Positions 49,620 to 62,530 of a DNA stretch of 64,000 bases are shown here, piece by piece. The stretch covers positions 26,784,001 through 26,848,000 of the forward strand of contig NC_082731.1 of NCBI RefSeq assembly GCF_030144855.1, in the 5' to 3' direction. Source of the stretch: Hypanus sabinus. Its lineage: Eukaryota. The stretch's first letter is position 1. Each line of letters starts with the position of its first letter. The position numbers were made by a program, and so were the translations under genes. Below the pieces are notes generated by a model. It worked only from the letters and a program-made list of their open reading frames with translations. It ran no database searches and was not told the origin of the DNA.

Positions 49620-50410
49620 CTTGTTATTTGGGGAGTGGTGTTGCTGCAACAACCTTGCACTAAACGTCAGTAAGACAAAAGAGCTGAGGTGGACTTTGGG
49701 AAGGGCAACATGAAGAAACATATACCAATCCTCATAGAGGGATCAGAAGAGGAAAGAGTGAGCAGTTTCAGTTCCTAGGTGTTAAGATCTCTGAGAGCCT
49801 AACCTGGTCCCAACATATCAATACAGTTATAAAGAAGGCAAGACAGTGACTATACTTCATTAGGAGTTTGAAGTGATTTGGTATGTCAACAAAACATTCA
49901 AAAACTTGTACAGATGTACCATGGAGAGCATTCTGACAGAGTACATCACTGGCGGGGTTGAGTGGGGGTGGGGGGGGGTGCTGCACAGGATCGAAAGAAG
50001 CTGTAGAGGGTCATAAATTTAATCGACACCATCTTGGGTACAAAGTGCACAGGATATCTTCAACTGGCAGTGTGTCAGAAAGGCAGCATCCATTAAGGAC
50101 CCCTAGCACCCAGCAATCCCTTTTTTCATTGTTACCATCAAGGCGAAGGTACAGAAGCCTGAAGGCTCACAGTCAGTGATTCAGGAACAGCTTCTTCTCC
50201 ACTGCTATCCGATTCCTAAAGGGACATTGAACCCACAAACACTACCTCACTTTTTAAAATATATATTCTTCCTGTTTTTGCATGATTTTAATCAATTCCA
50301 TACATGTATACTGTAATTGATTCACAATTATTTATTCATGACTAATTTTTTTCCTCACCTATATTATGTATTGCATTGAACTGCTGCTGCTAGGTTAACA
50401 AATTTAAGGA
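49620..50410 (+). mobile_element. Rex1/Babar LINE 3' part
   Basis: WCCCNNLALNVSKTKE..LTWSQHI..; tail cattctgattctga. Confidence 0.85.
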
Positions 50411-50439
50411 CACATACTGGTGATAACAAACCTCATTCT

Positions 50440-50980
50440 GATTCTGACTTTATTAAGTCTCCCCTCATTCTCCTACACTCCATGGAGTAAAGCTTTAGCC
50501 TGTGCAACCTCTCCCTATAACTCAATCTCTAGAGTTCTGGCAGCATTCTTGTAAAACTTTTCTGCATTGTTTCTGGTGTAATATCTTTCTTGCAGCTTGG
50601 TGAGTAAAATGGACACAATAATGCAAGTGCAGCCTCACTGGTGCCTTTTACAACTACTCCATGACCAGCCAGCATTCAGAATCAATGTTCTGTCTAAATA
50701 AGACCAGCGTGCTAATACCATTCTTCACCATATTATATAACCCTGATAGTACTCTCAGCAAATCTCGGTTTGTCTTTCCAGAATGCAACACTTCATACTT
50801 ATCTGAATTTAAACCCAGATACTAATGCTCTGCCCATTTGCTCAGCTAATCAACATACTCCTGTAAGTTTTGATCATCTTCACAGTTCACTTTGCTACTT
50901 ACTTTAAGTTCATTTACAAACTTCCTAATGATGCCTTGTATATTCTTACCGAAATCTTTGATGTGGATGACTAACAGCAA
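50440..50980 (-). mobile_element. CR1 fragment
   Basis: Reverse CR1 RT end (IIRKFVNELKV..EDDQNLQEYVD). Confidence 0.7.
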
Positions 50981-50984
50981 GTGG

Positions 50985-51500
50985 CCCAGCCCTGACCTAT
51001 GAGGTCCACCGTCTGTCTGGATCGACCGACTGTAGACCCATAACTGTGTGGCCAGGTAGAGCACCAACTCATTGACAGAGCTGCTGTTGAAATATTCAAC
51101 CGCTTCAAGTTCCTCGGCACCCATATCACCAGCAACTTCACCAGGTCCCTTCACACTGATGATGTGATCAAGAAAGACAATCAGCATATCCTTTTGTTAG
51201 GTGACTGAGGTTTAGTATGTCTACCAGGAATCACTGAAATTTCTACGCACTCATGTGGAAAGCACTTGGACAGGTTGCATCAGAATCCCATATGGCAACT
51301 TCTCTGCTCTTGACTATCTGAACCTGAAAAGAGTGCTAAGCACAGCCCAGTCCATCAGAGGCTTGTGAATTCCTCCCATCCAGTCAGTCTTCACGGTGCA
51401 TTGCCTCAGGAAGACTCATGGTGTTGTCAAGGATGCATACCATGCTGACCATTCCCTTTTCAGTCTGCTACCTTCTGGGGAGGGTCAAGAAGCTGGAAAA
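50985..51500 (+). mobile_element. Rex1/Babar-like fragment
   Basis: FKFLGTHIT..; gaccattcccttttcagtctgctaccttctggg. Confidence 0.65.
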
Positions 51501-51504
51501 CCTG

Positions 51505-52175
51505 TGTAACACTTCGGTTCTGTCAGCTGTGCAAGTCCAGGGAAGATGATCTCTGGCCTCACCAAACATGTGAAATTGAGGTGCAAAACATCCTGTTTGT
51601 GTGGATGCTGTGTGATGTGTTACCCTGTTATAAAACCACAACTAACAGACAGTATGGCATATGCAATTAAATGATTTAGCTTTACAATTCTTAATTTGAC
51701 TAAAGGCTTAGTAATGTATAACATAAAGAAAATGGCTCATTTTAATGAAATAGTCTAATGTGCACAAGTTGGTCCTCACATTTTCTCTTCCTCTGGTCCT
51801 CCATCAATTTCCCCGGGCTTCGTTGACTCCCACCCCACTCCAAGTCCACTCCTTTCTGGTGTTCATGACCTCTCTTTTCTGGCATCTTCTCTCTCCATCT
51901 TCCACTGAACAAAAGCCCCAGATCACCTCGGTGTCAGGCACACAGCCAGAAAACACACTCCCCTCATTGGATGGCTCAAATTCCAAAGAACCCGTTACCT
52001 CTAACTATAGCCCAAACACTGCTGCTACAGAAAGACCATTTCATTAGCAGTATAACCTTTCAGAGGGTGTTACCTCTGAATGTCTGGACTGAAGAGCACC
52101 TATGCCCTTTGATATCAGTCTCCTGATCTGATCAATGCTTTCATATCTCCTTCCTGGTGGTGCTGCCACGTTCTC
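51505..52175. repeat. Probable LTR-like interspersed repeat
   Basis: Starts tgtaacac and interrupts the Rex1 fragment; right end and TSD not resolved. Confidence 0.35.
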
Positions 52176-52376
52176 ATACCATTCTCTTCTTTATTCTGTT
52201 TCTGTCATTGTAGTGTGTTGTTTTGTGGCATTAGCTCACACTGCACAACAATCCTTTTACCATTGTGCTGTTTTACTGCTTATAGATTTATGTCTTATCA
52301 TCATGTATATTGGCAGTTCTACCAGCTTCACGTGAAGAAGGAATTTGATTGCACTCTGGTGTACATGGCCATACAC

Positions 52377-53406
52377 CAGGGGTGGGCAAACTTTTTGACT
52401 TGTGGGCCACAAAGGGTTCCAAAATTTGACAGGGGGGCCGGACCAGGAGCAGATGGACAGAGTGTTTTGGTAATACACCTCATAAGAGAAAATAAAATAT
52501 CATGGGATATGTAGCAAACATGTGCTTTAATTTCAATTGAAAATGAACAAATGCATTACAATAAAATATCTGTCTTTGAAGTCCCATGGTATTTAGCTAT
52601 TTATTGAAATGACTTTTAAAACACTGAAAATTAAATGAATAAAATACAGCTTTTTTAATAGTAACAGTTATTATTTTAAAGCACTGAAAATTCTGTTATC
52701 CTTCAAGATATTATCATCATCACTCTCCTCCTGACTGTCTTTATTTCAATAACGGTAGGAGATGCAGGTCTACTTGTCCTGCTCCTTCTTATTCAATTGT
52801 CCCCTGTGCCAAAACTCAACAACGACCAGCACAAAGACAGAACAATGACAGCGTGCCAGTATGCGGAGCGTGTTATTTGATCTGGAGCGCATTTTTTATT
52901 TTGAGAACGTACGTGCACCTGCGCACTACTCATATCCATCACTTAACAGAAATGACATGTAACATGTAAGGCTTATTGAAAAAAATATTTTCAAATGCAT
53001 TTTTTACATAACACAACGAAGAAACTTATTTTTAATTTCAGTGGGAACAGTGTTGTTGGTCTCCCGTTTTAGCCAATGCATCAAAGTCTGGATGTAGTTT
53101 TGTTGTGGTGATTCTCAGGATGGATCTGAGGTGTTGGTCAGTTAACTTGGATCTGTGGCTGGCTTTGTTGATGTTCATGACGCTGAATGCCTGTTCACAC
53201 AAATAGGTCGAGCCGAACAAAGAGTAAAGCGCAAATGTGGAGTAATACGCTGCACCTCAACAAAGGTCAATGTATATAGAGTGCGTCAGAGTGGGAAAAC
53301 GCTAGAATTGCAGGGAAAAAACGTTAACAAGGTTTATTAATATAATTTCATCAAGTTCTGCGGGCCGGATTAAAAAGCTTAATGGGCCGTAGTTTGCCGA
53401 TGCCTG
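52377..53406 (-). mobile_element. hAT (Charlie-like) DNA transposon deletion derivative
   Basis: TIRs caggggtgggcaaact / agtttgccgatgcctg; perfect 8-bp TSD CCATACAC (52369-52376, 53407-53414). Confidence 0.95.
53038..53220 (-). pseudogene. hAT transposase C-terminal (dimerisation) remnant
   Basis: MFGSTYLCEQAFSVMNINK..RSKLTDQHL..ILRI. Confidence 0.9.
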
Positions 53407-53977
53407 CCATACACCAACCTAAGCTAATTTGAGCTGTTTCATACCATTTCTGAGGGAAGTTCATCACAAAGCATTCATGCCTTGTCTTTAGCTCTCATGT
53501 GCTGGGCTCCACCCTCCTGGAAGTTAGTTCTATTGGAGTTCAAACATTTCATTCACTTTTAATGAGCCATCATCGTTCACACCTACAGGTGGCAGGACTG
53601 CAGAGGCATGATCTGATCTCTTCTTGATGGGACTGTACGTTGGCCATTCTTTGCTCTTTTGCTATTTTACAGATGTGTAGACTTGATTGTTGCCACCTCA
53701 CGAGTTGGTACATTTGGTGCTGTATATGGTTTGTACACCCTCACCCCAGTTCATTTTCTTCACCACTTGTACCACACACTTCAGTGAAGATTCTATGACA
53801 GCAACTCCCATGCTGCAATCTCCAGCACAATGGAAGACAACTGTACTCAGGACATTGGGAATGCTCCTGTCTGTATGACATGCACCATCTGCACTTGGAA
53901 ACAGATGTCTGCTCCTACATTGTCATTTCACCCACCTCACAGACACCAACAATGATGTGAGCCTCACATCACACCAA

Positions 53978-54260
53978 CTAACAGTCTGAGTGTGCAAGTA
54001 TCACATCAGTAACAGCAATCTGGAATATTAATGTTATTTATGTATCATTGGCAGCCACAGGGATGTGAGACTCATGACACAGAATATAGTTTTCACACCA
54101 TCTCCACAGCAAGAACAGTCAAAACGTACAGGGAACCCACTGATGACATCATCTCATTTGTTAGTAATCCCTTTACAGCCCAAATAATCAGGATGTAAGA
54201 GGGAAGGAAACAATGATGTCTATTCATATGTAAGACTGATTCTGGCAAAAGAAGAAGCAG
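53978..54260 (-). pseudogene. Possible decayed terminal Ig C domain plus secretory tail
   Basis: Frame-hopping SLT(C)..FLPSYILIIWAVKG..GSLYVLTVLAVE/W.ENY..CHE, then ..DVILAHSDC*. Confidence 0.35.
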
Positions 54261-54475
54261 TTTTATATATGTTTATGTTATCCCTAGGTATGTATTATCC
54301 ATAATTCAGAACACAGTATCAAGGAGCGAAGAGCCACCCCGAGAGAATATTAGGATAATTCTAGGAATACTGGACATCGGTTAGACAATGGAGCAGCAGG
54401 AATTATTTTGTTTGGAAAGGAGGAAGTGGAGAGAACATCTGCAAAGGTATTTCTGATCACAAAGGCTCCAGGACT

Positions 54476-55070
54476 CAAGATTCAAGATTGTTTCATGCGA
54501 TTTCCTGCACACAGATGTAAACGAGAACAAAATAATTGTTACTCCAAACCTGATGCACACAAAAACCACAATAAGATAAAGAACACAATAATAATTTTAA
54601 AAAAGTTACATTCATAGGTAGACTTTTTGTATTCCATAAAGTGATGTGAGGCTGTACATTAGGTGACAGTGGAAATAATAAAGTAGTGGTGGGGTTAGAA
54701 GATGGGGGTATTGATCAGCCTTACTGCTTGGGGAAAATAACTGTTTTTGAGTCTGGTGGTCCTGGCATGGGTATTGCATAGCATCTTCTCTGATATAGGA
54801 CAGCCATGATAGGTGAGATACTTCATGATGTTACTGGCCCTTTTCCAAAACCTTTTTGTTTCTATGTCCTTGATGGAGGGCTGGCTTATGTAGTGGGCAG
54901 TCTAGATTACTCAATAAGCTACTAGTGGGTAGTCTAGTAGTATACTCCAGTGTAGAGCCCTCCTGTCTGCCACAGTACAGTTTCTGTACCAGAAGAATCA
55001 GAACCAGAATTAGGTTTAATGTTACTGGCATATGTTGTGAAAGTTGCTTTGCATCACCAAGCAGTGATGC
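54476..55070 (-). mobile_element. Rex1/Babar-like fragments
   Basis: Tails agattcaagattg and aatcagaaccagaattaggtttaat; typical 3' UTR in reverse. Confidence 0.65.
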
Positions 55071-55675
55071 ATAAAACCATAGGATTTAGGAGCAGAAATA
55101 GGCCAATTGGCCCATTGAGTCCATTCCACCATTCAGTCATGGCCTGATCCAATTCATCCAGTCATCCCCACTCCCCTGCTTTCATCCCATACCCTTTGAT
55201 GCCTTGGCTAATCAAAAACATATCTATCTGTGCTTTAAATACACCCAATGATTTGGCCTCCAGACTCACTCATGGCACCAAATTTCACAGATTTGCCACC
55301 CTCTGACTAAAGTATTTCCTCTGCATCTCAGTGCTAAAAGGACGTCCTTCAATCCTGAGGTCATAGAGCACCTTTCCATGAGAGATAAATTGCCAGATCT
55401 AATCTGTTCAGGCTTTTGAGCATTTGGCTGTTTCTACGAGATGCCCCCTCATTCTCCTGAACCAGGGAATACAGCTCAAGAGCTGCCAGATGTTCCTCAT
55501 ATGGTAACCCTCTCATTCCCGGAATCATTCTCGTGAATCTTCTCTGAACCCTCTCCAATATCAGAAATGTACATCCTTTCTAAAATAAGGAGCCCAAAAC
55601 TGCACACAATACTCCAAGTGTGGTTTTACGAGTGCCTTATTGAGTCTCAACATCACATCCCGGCTCCTATATTCT

Positions 55676-55748
55676 TTCTTTCTAAATCTTTTTATTAATA
55701 TTAGTAATATAGACAGAATACAAATTATATATTGATAAAGAATAAAGA
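55676..55748 (-). mobile_element. Extremely truncated L1 3' end (73 bp)
   Basis: TSD TATATTCT (55668-55675, 55749-55756); resembles the 3' end of the L1 at 1957. Confidence 0.6.
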
Positions 55749-56966
55749 TATATTCTATACCTCAAGAAATGAATGCCAACATTGCACTTGCCTTCTTCAC
55801 AACCGACTCAACCTGGAGGTTAACCTTTAGCGTAACTTGCACAAGGACTCCCAAGTTTCTTTGCATCTCTGAATTTTGAATTCTTTCTCCATTTAAATAA
55901 TAGTTTGCCCATTTATTTTTCCACCAAAGTGCATGACCATATACTTTCCAACATTGTATCTCATTTGCCACTTCTATATCCACTCCCCTAAACTATCTAA
56001 GTCTCTCTGCAGGCTCTCAATTTCCTCAATACTACCTGCCCCTCCATCTATCTTTGTATCATTGACAAACTTAGCCACAAATCCACTAATACCATAGTCC
56101 AAATCATTTGCATACGTCATAAAAAGTAGCGGTCCTAGCACCGACCCCTGTCGGACTCCACTGGAAACCAGCAACCAGCCAGGACAGGATCTCTTTTTTC
56201 CCCAGTCTCTGTTTTCTGCCCACCAGCCAATGCTCCACCCATGTTGGTAACTTCCCTGTAATTCCATGGGCTCTTATCTTGCTAAACAGCCTCATGAAAG
56301 GCACCTTGTCAAAAACATTCTGAAAATCCAAGTACAGCACATCTGCTGCACCTCTTTTGACTACCCTGCTGGTAATTTCCTCAACAAATTGCAGTAGGCT
56401 AAGCAGGCAGGGTTTTCCTTTCAGGAGACCATGCTGGCTTTGGCCTATCATTTCATGTGCCTCCATCACTAACAATTGATTCCAACAACTTCCCAACTAC
56501 TGACTCAGACTAACAGGTCTATAGTTTCCTTTTTGCTCCTTCCCATCCCTCTTAAATAGCGCAGTACCATTTGCAATTTTCCAGTCATCCGGTACAATGC
56601 CAGAATCTATTGACTCTTGAAAGATCATCGTTAACACCTCCACAATCTCTCCAGTTACTTCCTTCAGAACCCCAGGGTACATTCCATCAGGTCCAGGAAA
56701 TTTAGCCACCCTCAGACCATTAAGCTTCCTGAGCACCTTCTCATGTCGTAATTTTCACTGCACAATCCTCACCTCCCTGACACTCTTGAATATCCAGTAT
56801 ACTGCAGACTTCTTCTGCTGTGAAGACCGATGCAAAATATGCATTTGGTTCCTCTGCCATCTGTGCATCTCTCATTACAATATCTCCAGCGTCATTTTGT
56901 ATTGGTCCTATATCTACCCTCAACTGTCTTTTACCCTTATGTACTTAAAAAAGTTTTTAGCATCTT

Positions 56967-59900
56967 ATTACCATATAAAAATTACTGCACAGAAACAGGC
57001 CATCTCAGCTCTTCTAGTCCATGCTGAATGCTTACTCTCACCTAGTCCCACCGACCTGCACTCAGCCCATAACCCTCCATTCCTTTCCTGTCCATATACC
57101 TATCCAATTTTATTTTAAGTGCCAATATCAAATCTCCCTCTACCACTCTCTGAGTAAAGAATTCCTCCTCGTGTTACCCCTAAACTTTTGCCCCCAACTC
57201 TCAACACATGTCCTCTTGTTTGAATCTCCCCTACTCTCAATAGAAAAAAGCCTATCCACATCAAGTCCATCTATGCCCCTCATAATTTTAAATACCTTAA
57301 TCAAGACCCCCTCAACCTTCTGTGCTCAAAAGAATAATGACCTAACTTGTTCAACCTTTCTCTGTAACTTAGGTGCTGAAACCCAGGTAACATTCTAGTA
57401 AATCCCCTCTGTACTCTCTCTATTTTGTTGATCTTTCCTATAATTCAGTGACCAGAACTCTACACAATACCCCAAATTTGGCCTTACCAATGCCTTGTAC
57501 AATTTTAACATTACATCCTGACTCCTATACTCAATGCTCTGATTTATAAAGGCCAGCATATCAAAAGCTTTCTTCACCACCCTAACAACATGAGATTCCA
57601 CCTTCAGTGAACTATGCACCATTATTCCTAGATCACTCTGTTCTACTGCATTCTTCAATGCCCTACCATTTACCATGTATTTCCTATTTTGCTTAGTCCT
57701 ACCAAAATGTAGCACCTCACACTTTATCAGCATTGAATTCCATCTGCCATCTTTCAGCCCACTCTTCTAACTGGCCTAAATCTCTCTGCAAGCTTTGAAA
57801 ATCTACTTCATTATCCACAATACCACCTACCTTAGTATCATCTGCATACTTACTAATCCAATTTACCACCCCATCATCCAGATCATGAATGTATATGACA
57901 AACAATGTTGGACCCAGTACAGATCCCTGAGGCTCACCACTATTCACCAGCCTCCAACCTGACAAACAGTTATCCACCACTACTCTCTGGCATCTCCTAA
58001 CCAGCCACAGTTGAATCCATTTTACTACTTCAATATTAAAACCTAACGAGTGAACCTTCCTAACTAACCTTCCATGCGGAACATTGTCAAAGGCCTTACT
58101 GAAGTCCATATAGACAACATCCACTGCTTTACCCTTGTCAACTTTCCTAGAAACCTCTTCAAAAAATTCAATAAGATTTGTCAAATATGTCCTTCTACGC
58201 ACAAATCCATGTTGACTGTTCCTAAAGAGACCCTGTCGATCCAGATGATTATATATACCATCTCTAAGAATACTTTCCATTAATTTACCCACCATTGACA
58301 TCAAACTTACAGGCCTATAATTGCTAGGTTTACTCTTAGTACCCGTTTTAAACAATGGAACAACATGAGCAATTAGGCCAATGCTCCGTCACCATCCCCA
58401 TTTCTAATAACATTTGAAATATTTCTGTCAGAGCCCCTGCTATTTCTACACTAACTCCCCTCAACGTCCTAGGGAAATCCTGTCAGGACCCGGAGACTTA
58501 TCCACTTTTATCAGCACCAGGATTTCCTCTTCTGTAATCATTATAGTTTCCATAACCACCCTACTTGTTTCCCTTACCTTACACAATTCAATATCCTTCA
58601 CCATAGTGAATACCGAAGTAAAGAAATTATTCAAAATCTCCCCCATCTCTTTTGGCTCCACACAGAGCTGTTCACTCTGATTCTCTGAGGGAAAAAGTTT
58701 ATTCCTCACTATCCTTTTGCTATTCATATAACTGTAGAAACCCTTTGGATTTATTTTCATCCTACCTGCCAAAGCAACCTCATATCTTCTTTTAGTTTTA
58801 ATTTCTTTCTTAAGATTCTTTTTACATTCTTTATATTGCTCGAGCACCTCATTTACTCAATGCTGCTGAGATTTATTGTAGAGATCTCTCTTTTTCCGAA
58901 CCAAGTTTCCAATATCCCTTGAAAACCATGGCTCTCTCAAACTTTAAACCTTTCCTTTCAACGTAACAGGAACATAAAGATTCTGTATCCTCAAAATCTC
59001 ACCTTTAAATGACGACCATTTCTCTATTACATCATTCCCATAAAACAAATTGTCCCAATCCACTCCTAATTCCTTTCACATCTCCTCAAAGTTAGCCTTT
59101 CTTCAATCAAAAATCTCAACCCTGGGTCCAGTCCTATCCTTCTCCATAATTATATTGAAACTAATGGCATTGTGATTACTGGACCCCAACACATATCTTC
59201 ATCACCTGACCTATCTCATTCCCTAACAGGAGGTCCAACACAGCCCCTTCTCTAGTTGGTACCTCTATGTATTGCTGCAAAGAACTATCCTGCACACATT
59301 TTACAAACTCCAAACCATCCATCCCTTTTACAGTATGGGCTTCCCAGTCCATATCTCCCACCATCACAACCCTGTGCTTACTACAAATATCTGCTACAAA
59401 TTTGCTCTTACAATTCTCGCTCCCCATTAGGTGGTCTTTAATACACCCCTATATGTGTCACTACTCCTTTCCCATTCCTCAATTCCACCTAAACAGCCTC
59501 CCTAGATTAGCCCTCTAATCTATCCTGCCAGAGCACCACTGTAATATTTTCTCTGACAAGCAATGCAACACCTCCCCCTCTTGTCCCTCTGATTCCATCA
59601 CACCAGAAGCAACGAAATCCAGGAATATTTAGTTGCCAATCACACCCCTCCTGCAACCATGTTTCACTAACAGCTACAACATATTCACAGTTATCAATCC
59701 ATACTCTAAGATCTTCCACCTTTCTTACAATGCTCCTAGCATTAAAATAAATACATTTAAGAAATTCTCCACCTCTTACTCTCTGTTTATCACTAAAGGT
59801 GCAAACAACTTTACTATCTTCTTTTTCTTCCTTGTTCCATACATCTGTTCCTACACTCTGGTTCCCCTCCGCCCTTGTATCTAGTTTAAATCCACTGGAT

Positions 59901-61060
59901 CCTCTCTAGCAAACCTACCTGCAAGAATATTTTTCCCCCTCCAGTTCAGATGTAAACCGTCTTGCTGGAACTGGTCCCACCTTCGCTGGAAATCTGCCCA
60001 ATTATCTATAAATCTGAAGCCCTCCCTCCTGCTCGATGTCTTCAGCCATGTGTTCATCTGTGCTATCTTACTATTTCTAAACCCGCCTGCATGAGGCACT
60101 GGTAGCAACCCTGAGATTGCTATCCTGGAGGTCCTGTCCTTTAACTTGGCACCTAGCTCCCTAAACTCACCTTTCAGGACCTCCTCACTCTTCCTACCCA
60201 CGTCATTGGTACCTACATGGACCACGACATCCGGCTGCTCACCCTCCCTTTCAAGAATACTGAGAACTCAATCTAAGATATCGTGGACCCTGGCACTAGG
60301 GAGGCAACAGACCATCCAGGGTTCTCGATCTCTTCCACAGAACCTCTTATCTGTCCCCCTAACCATCGAATCCCCTATCACTACTGCTCCCCTCTTTTCC
60401 CTCCATCCCTTCTGAGCTGAGGGTCCAGTCTTGGTGCCAGAAATGGAAGCACTTCAACTTGTCCCCGGTAGGTTGTCCCCATCAACAGTATCCAAAATGA
60501 TATACTTATTATTGGTGGGAACGGTCATAGGGGTGCTTTGCTCATTCTGTCTTTTCCCCTTCCCTCTCCTGACAGTCACCCAGTTACCTGTCTCCTATCT
60601 CTTAGGGGTGATTATCTCCTTGTAACTCCTGTATATTTCTGCCTCTGCCTCCTGAATGATCTGAAGTTCATCCAGCTCCAGCTCCAGTTCCCTAACTCGG
60701 TTTGTCAGGAGCTGCATCTGGATGCACTTTTCACAGGTGTAGTCATCAGGAACAATTGTGCTTGCCCTGACTTCCCACCTACTGCCAATGGAGCACTCGA
60801 CTGCCCTAACTGCTGCCTCCATGACCTACTCCTAAGCTAATTAGGTCAATTAAAGGAGCTGACTCAGCCTACCTGAATGGGAGCAAGCTCGTCCTCAGCC
60901 TCTGCTCGCTGAAACCTCTTGAGCCAAAGCCTTCTTACTCTGTCTCCCTCTATGCCATCACCCGCTCTGTTAATCTGCTCACTTATAAAATTCTCCCACT
61001 GCTTCCCGGGCCGACTTTCACATGCTTGTGCAGTCGTGCCCCATTCAAACTGCTGAAGAA
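56967..61060 (-). mobile_element. Near full-length CR1 with ORF1 (Zn-finger/coiled-coil + SGNH esterase) nested in another CR1
   Basis: DDYTCEKCIQMQLLTNRVRELE (60595-60822), VHVGTNDVG..DGLHLNWRG (59881-60225), ORF2 RT motifs; flanks ATCTT on both sides. Confidence 0.9.
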
Positions 61061-61977
61061 ATCTTCTTTGATGTTAGTCACAAGCTTCCTTTCATAATTC
61101 ATCTTTTACTTCCCAATGTCCTTCTTAGTTTCCTTCTACAAGTTTTAAAAAACTCCCCAAATCCTCCATCTTCCCACTACCTCTGGCTTCCTTGTACTCT
61201 TTTACTTTGGCTCTGACTTTACTTGTCAGCCATGGTAGTGTCCTTCTTCCCTTTGAAAATTTCTTCCTATTTGCAATATATCTGTCTTGCTCTTCCCTCA
61301 GTTTTTTGCAGAAACTCCAGCCATTGCTGTTCCGCTGCCTTCCTTCAAATGTCCATTTCTATTCAGCTTTAGTCAATTCCCTTCTCATGCCATTGTAATT
61401 TGCTTTATTCCAGTGAAATACCAACACATTAAATTTTGTTTTTTTCTCTCTCAAATTTCAAAGTGAACTCGATCATATTGTGATCACTGCTTCCTAAGGG
61501 TTCCTTAACCTTAAGCTCTCTTATCACCTCCATGTCATTGCACAACACCCAATCAAGCATAGCCAATTCCTTAGTGGGCTCAGCAACAAGCTGTTCTAAA
61601 AAGCCTTCCCTTAGATAGTCTACAAATTCTCTCTTTTGTGGTCCAGTACTGGCCTGGTTTTGCCAATCCACTTTTATGTTAAAAGCCCCAACAATTATCA
61701 TGACATTGCCTTTCTGACATGCCTTTTCCATCACCTGCTGTAATTTGTAATCCACATCCCAGCTGCAGTTGGAGTCCTTTAACCTTCTCATTTCTTAACT
61801 GAACCCATAAAGACTCTACACTTTCTAATCCTATATCGTCTCTTTCCAATGATTCATTATTTCTTATACACAGAGCCACACCACCCTCTCTGCTAACAAA
61901 CCTATCTTTCTGATACACCATATATCCTTGGACGTTCAGCTCCCAGTGGCAGCCCCATCCATTAGCCAAGCTTCAGC

Positions 61978-62225
61978 TTGTTAGAATGTTCTCCACCACA
62001 CATCTGTACAATGATATGATGTGGATTTGTAAAGTCCAGCTCTCTTCAGCCTCCTCAGAAAGTAAAGGCATAAGTGAGCTTCCCTGATTGTGTAGATTGT
62101 GTTCTGGGACCCTGAGAGCTTGTGGGTGATATGCACTCCCTGGAGTTTGGAACTGCTTGTCAATGTGTCGCCAGTGTAAAGGGGGATATGAGTGGTGCCG
62201 GTTCTGCTGAAGTCTATCCCGTTGC
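61978..62225 (-). mobile_element. Rex1/Babar fragment
   Basis: EAHLCLYFLRRLKRAGL..LYRCVVENIL. Confidence 0.75.
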
Positions 62226-62269
62226 ACACTTGAATCAAGAGAAGAGTCTACACCCAGGCCATGCGAAAG

Positions 62270-62530
62270 TTCTAAAAAGTAGTATTTGTGAGCTTTGGAT
62301 TTTTCCAGTTGCCCAGTGAAGTGTTAGCAAGCTTTCAGATTTTTGCAGTGGCCTAATCGAATCCCAATGTGAGAATTCTGGGAGACCTCCAGCCTCCCGG
62401 ATATTGGTGAATGTAGAGGTTGTAGAATGAGTAAGGCATGACGAAAGAACCAGAGTCACATCTGGAAGGAATGATTTATGCCGTGAGAGGCTTGTGTCTA
62501 GAAATCACTGGTGTGCCTTATAGAGGGAGC
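62270..62530 (-). pseudogene. Possible decayed TCR/Ig V-type exon
   Basis: C..SGSF..YNLY.HQYPG..PEF..LQKSESLLTLH..KYYF across frames; no RSS found. Confidence 0.3.

Larger units (their letters stand above)
55075..61975 (-). mobile_element. CR1 host element (55075-56966 and 61061-61975)
   Basis: RT motifs on the left, endonuclease motifs (GAFNIKVDW, GSSDHNMIEF) on the right; sequence resumes in register after the nested CR1. Confidence 0.85.
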
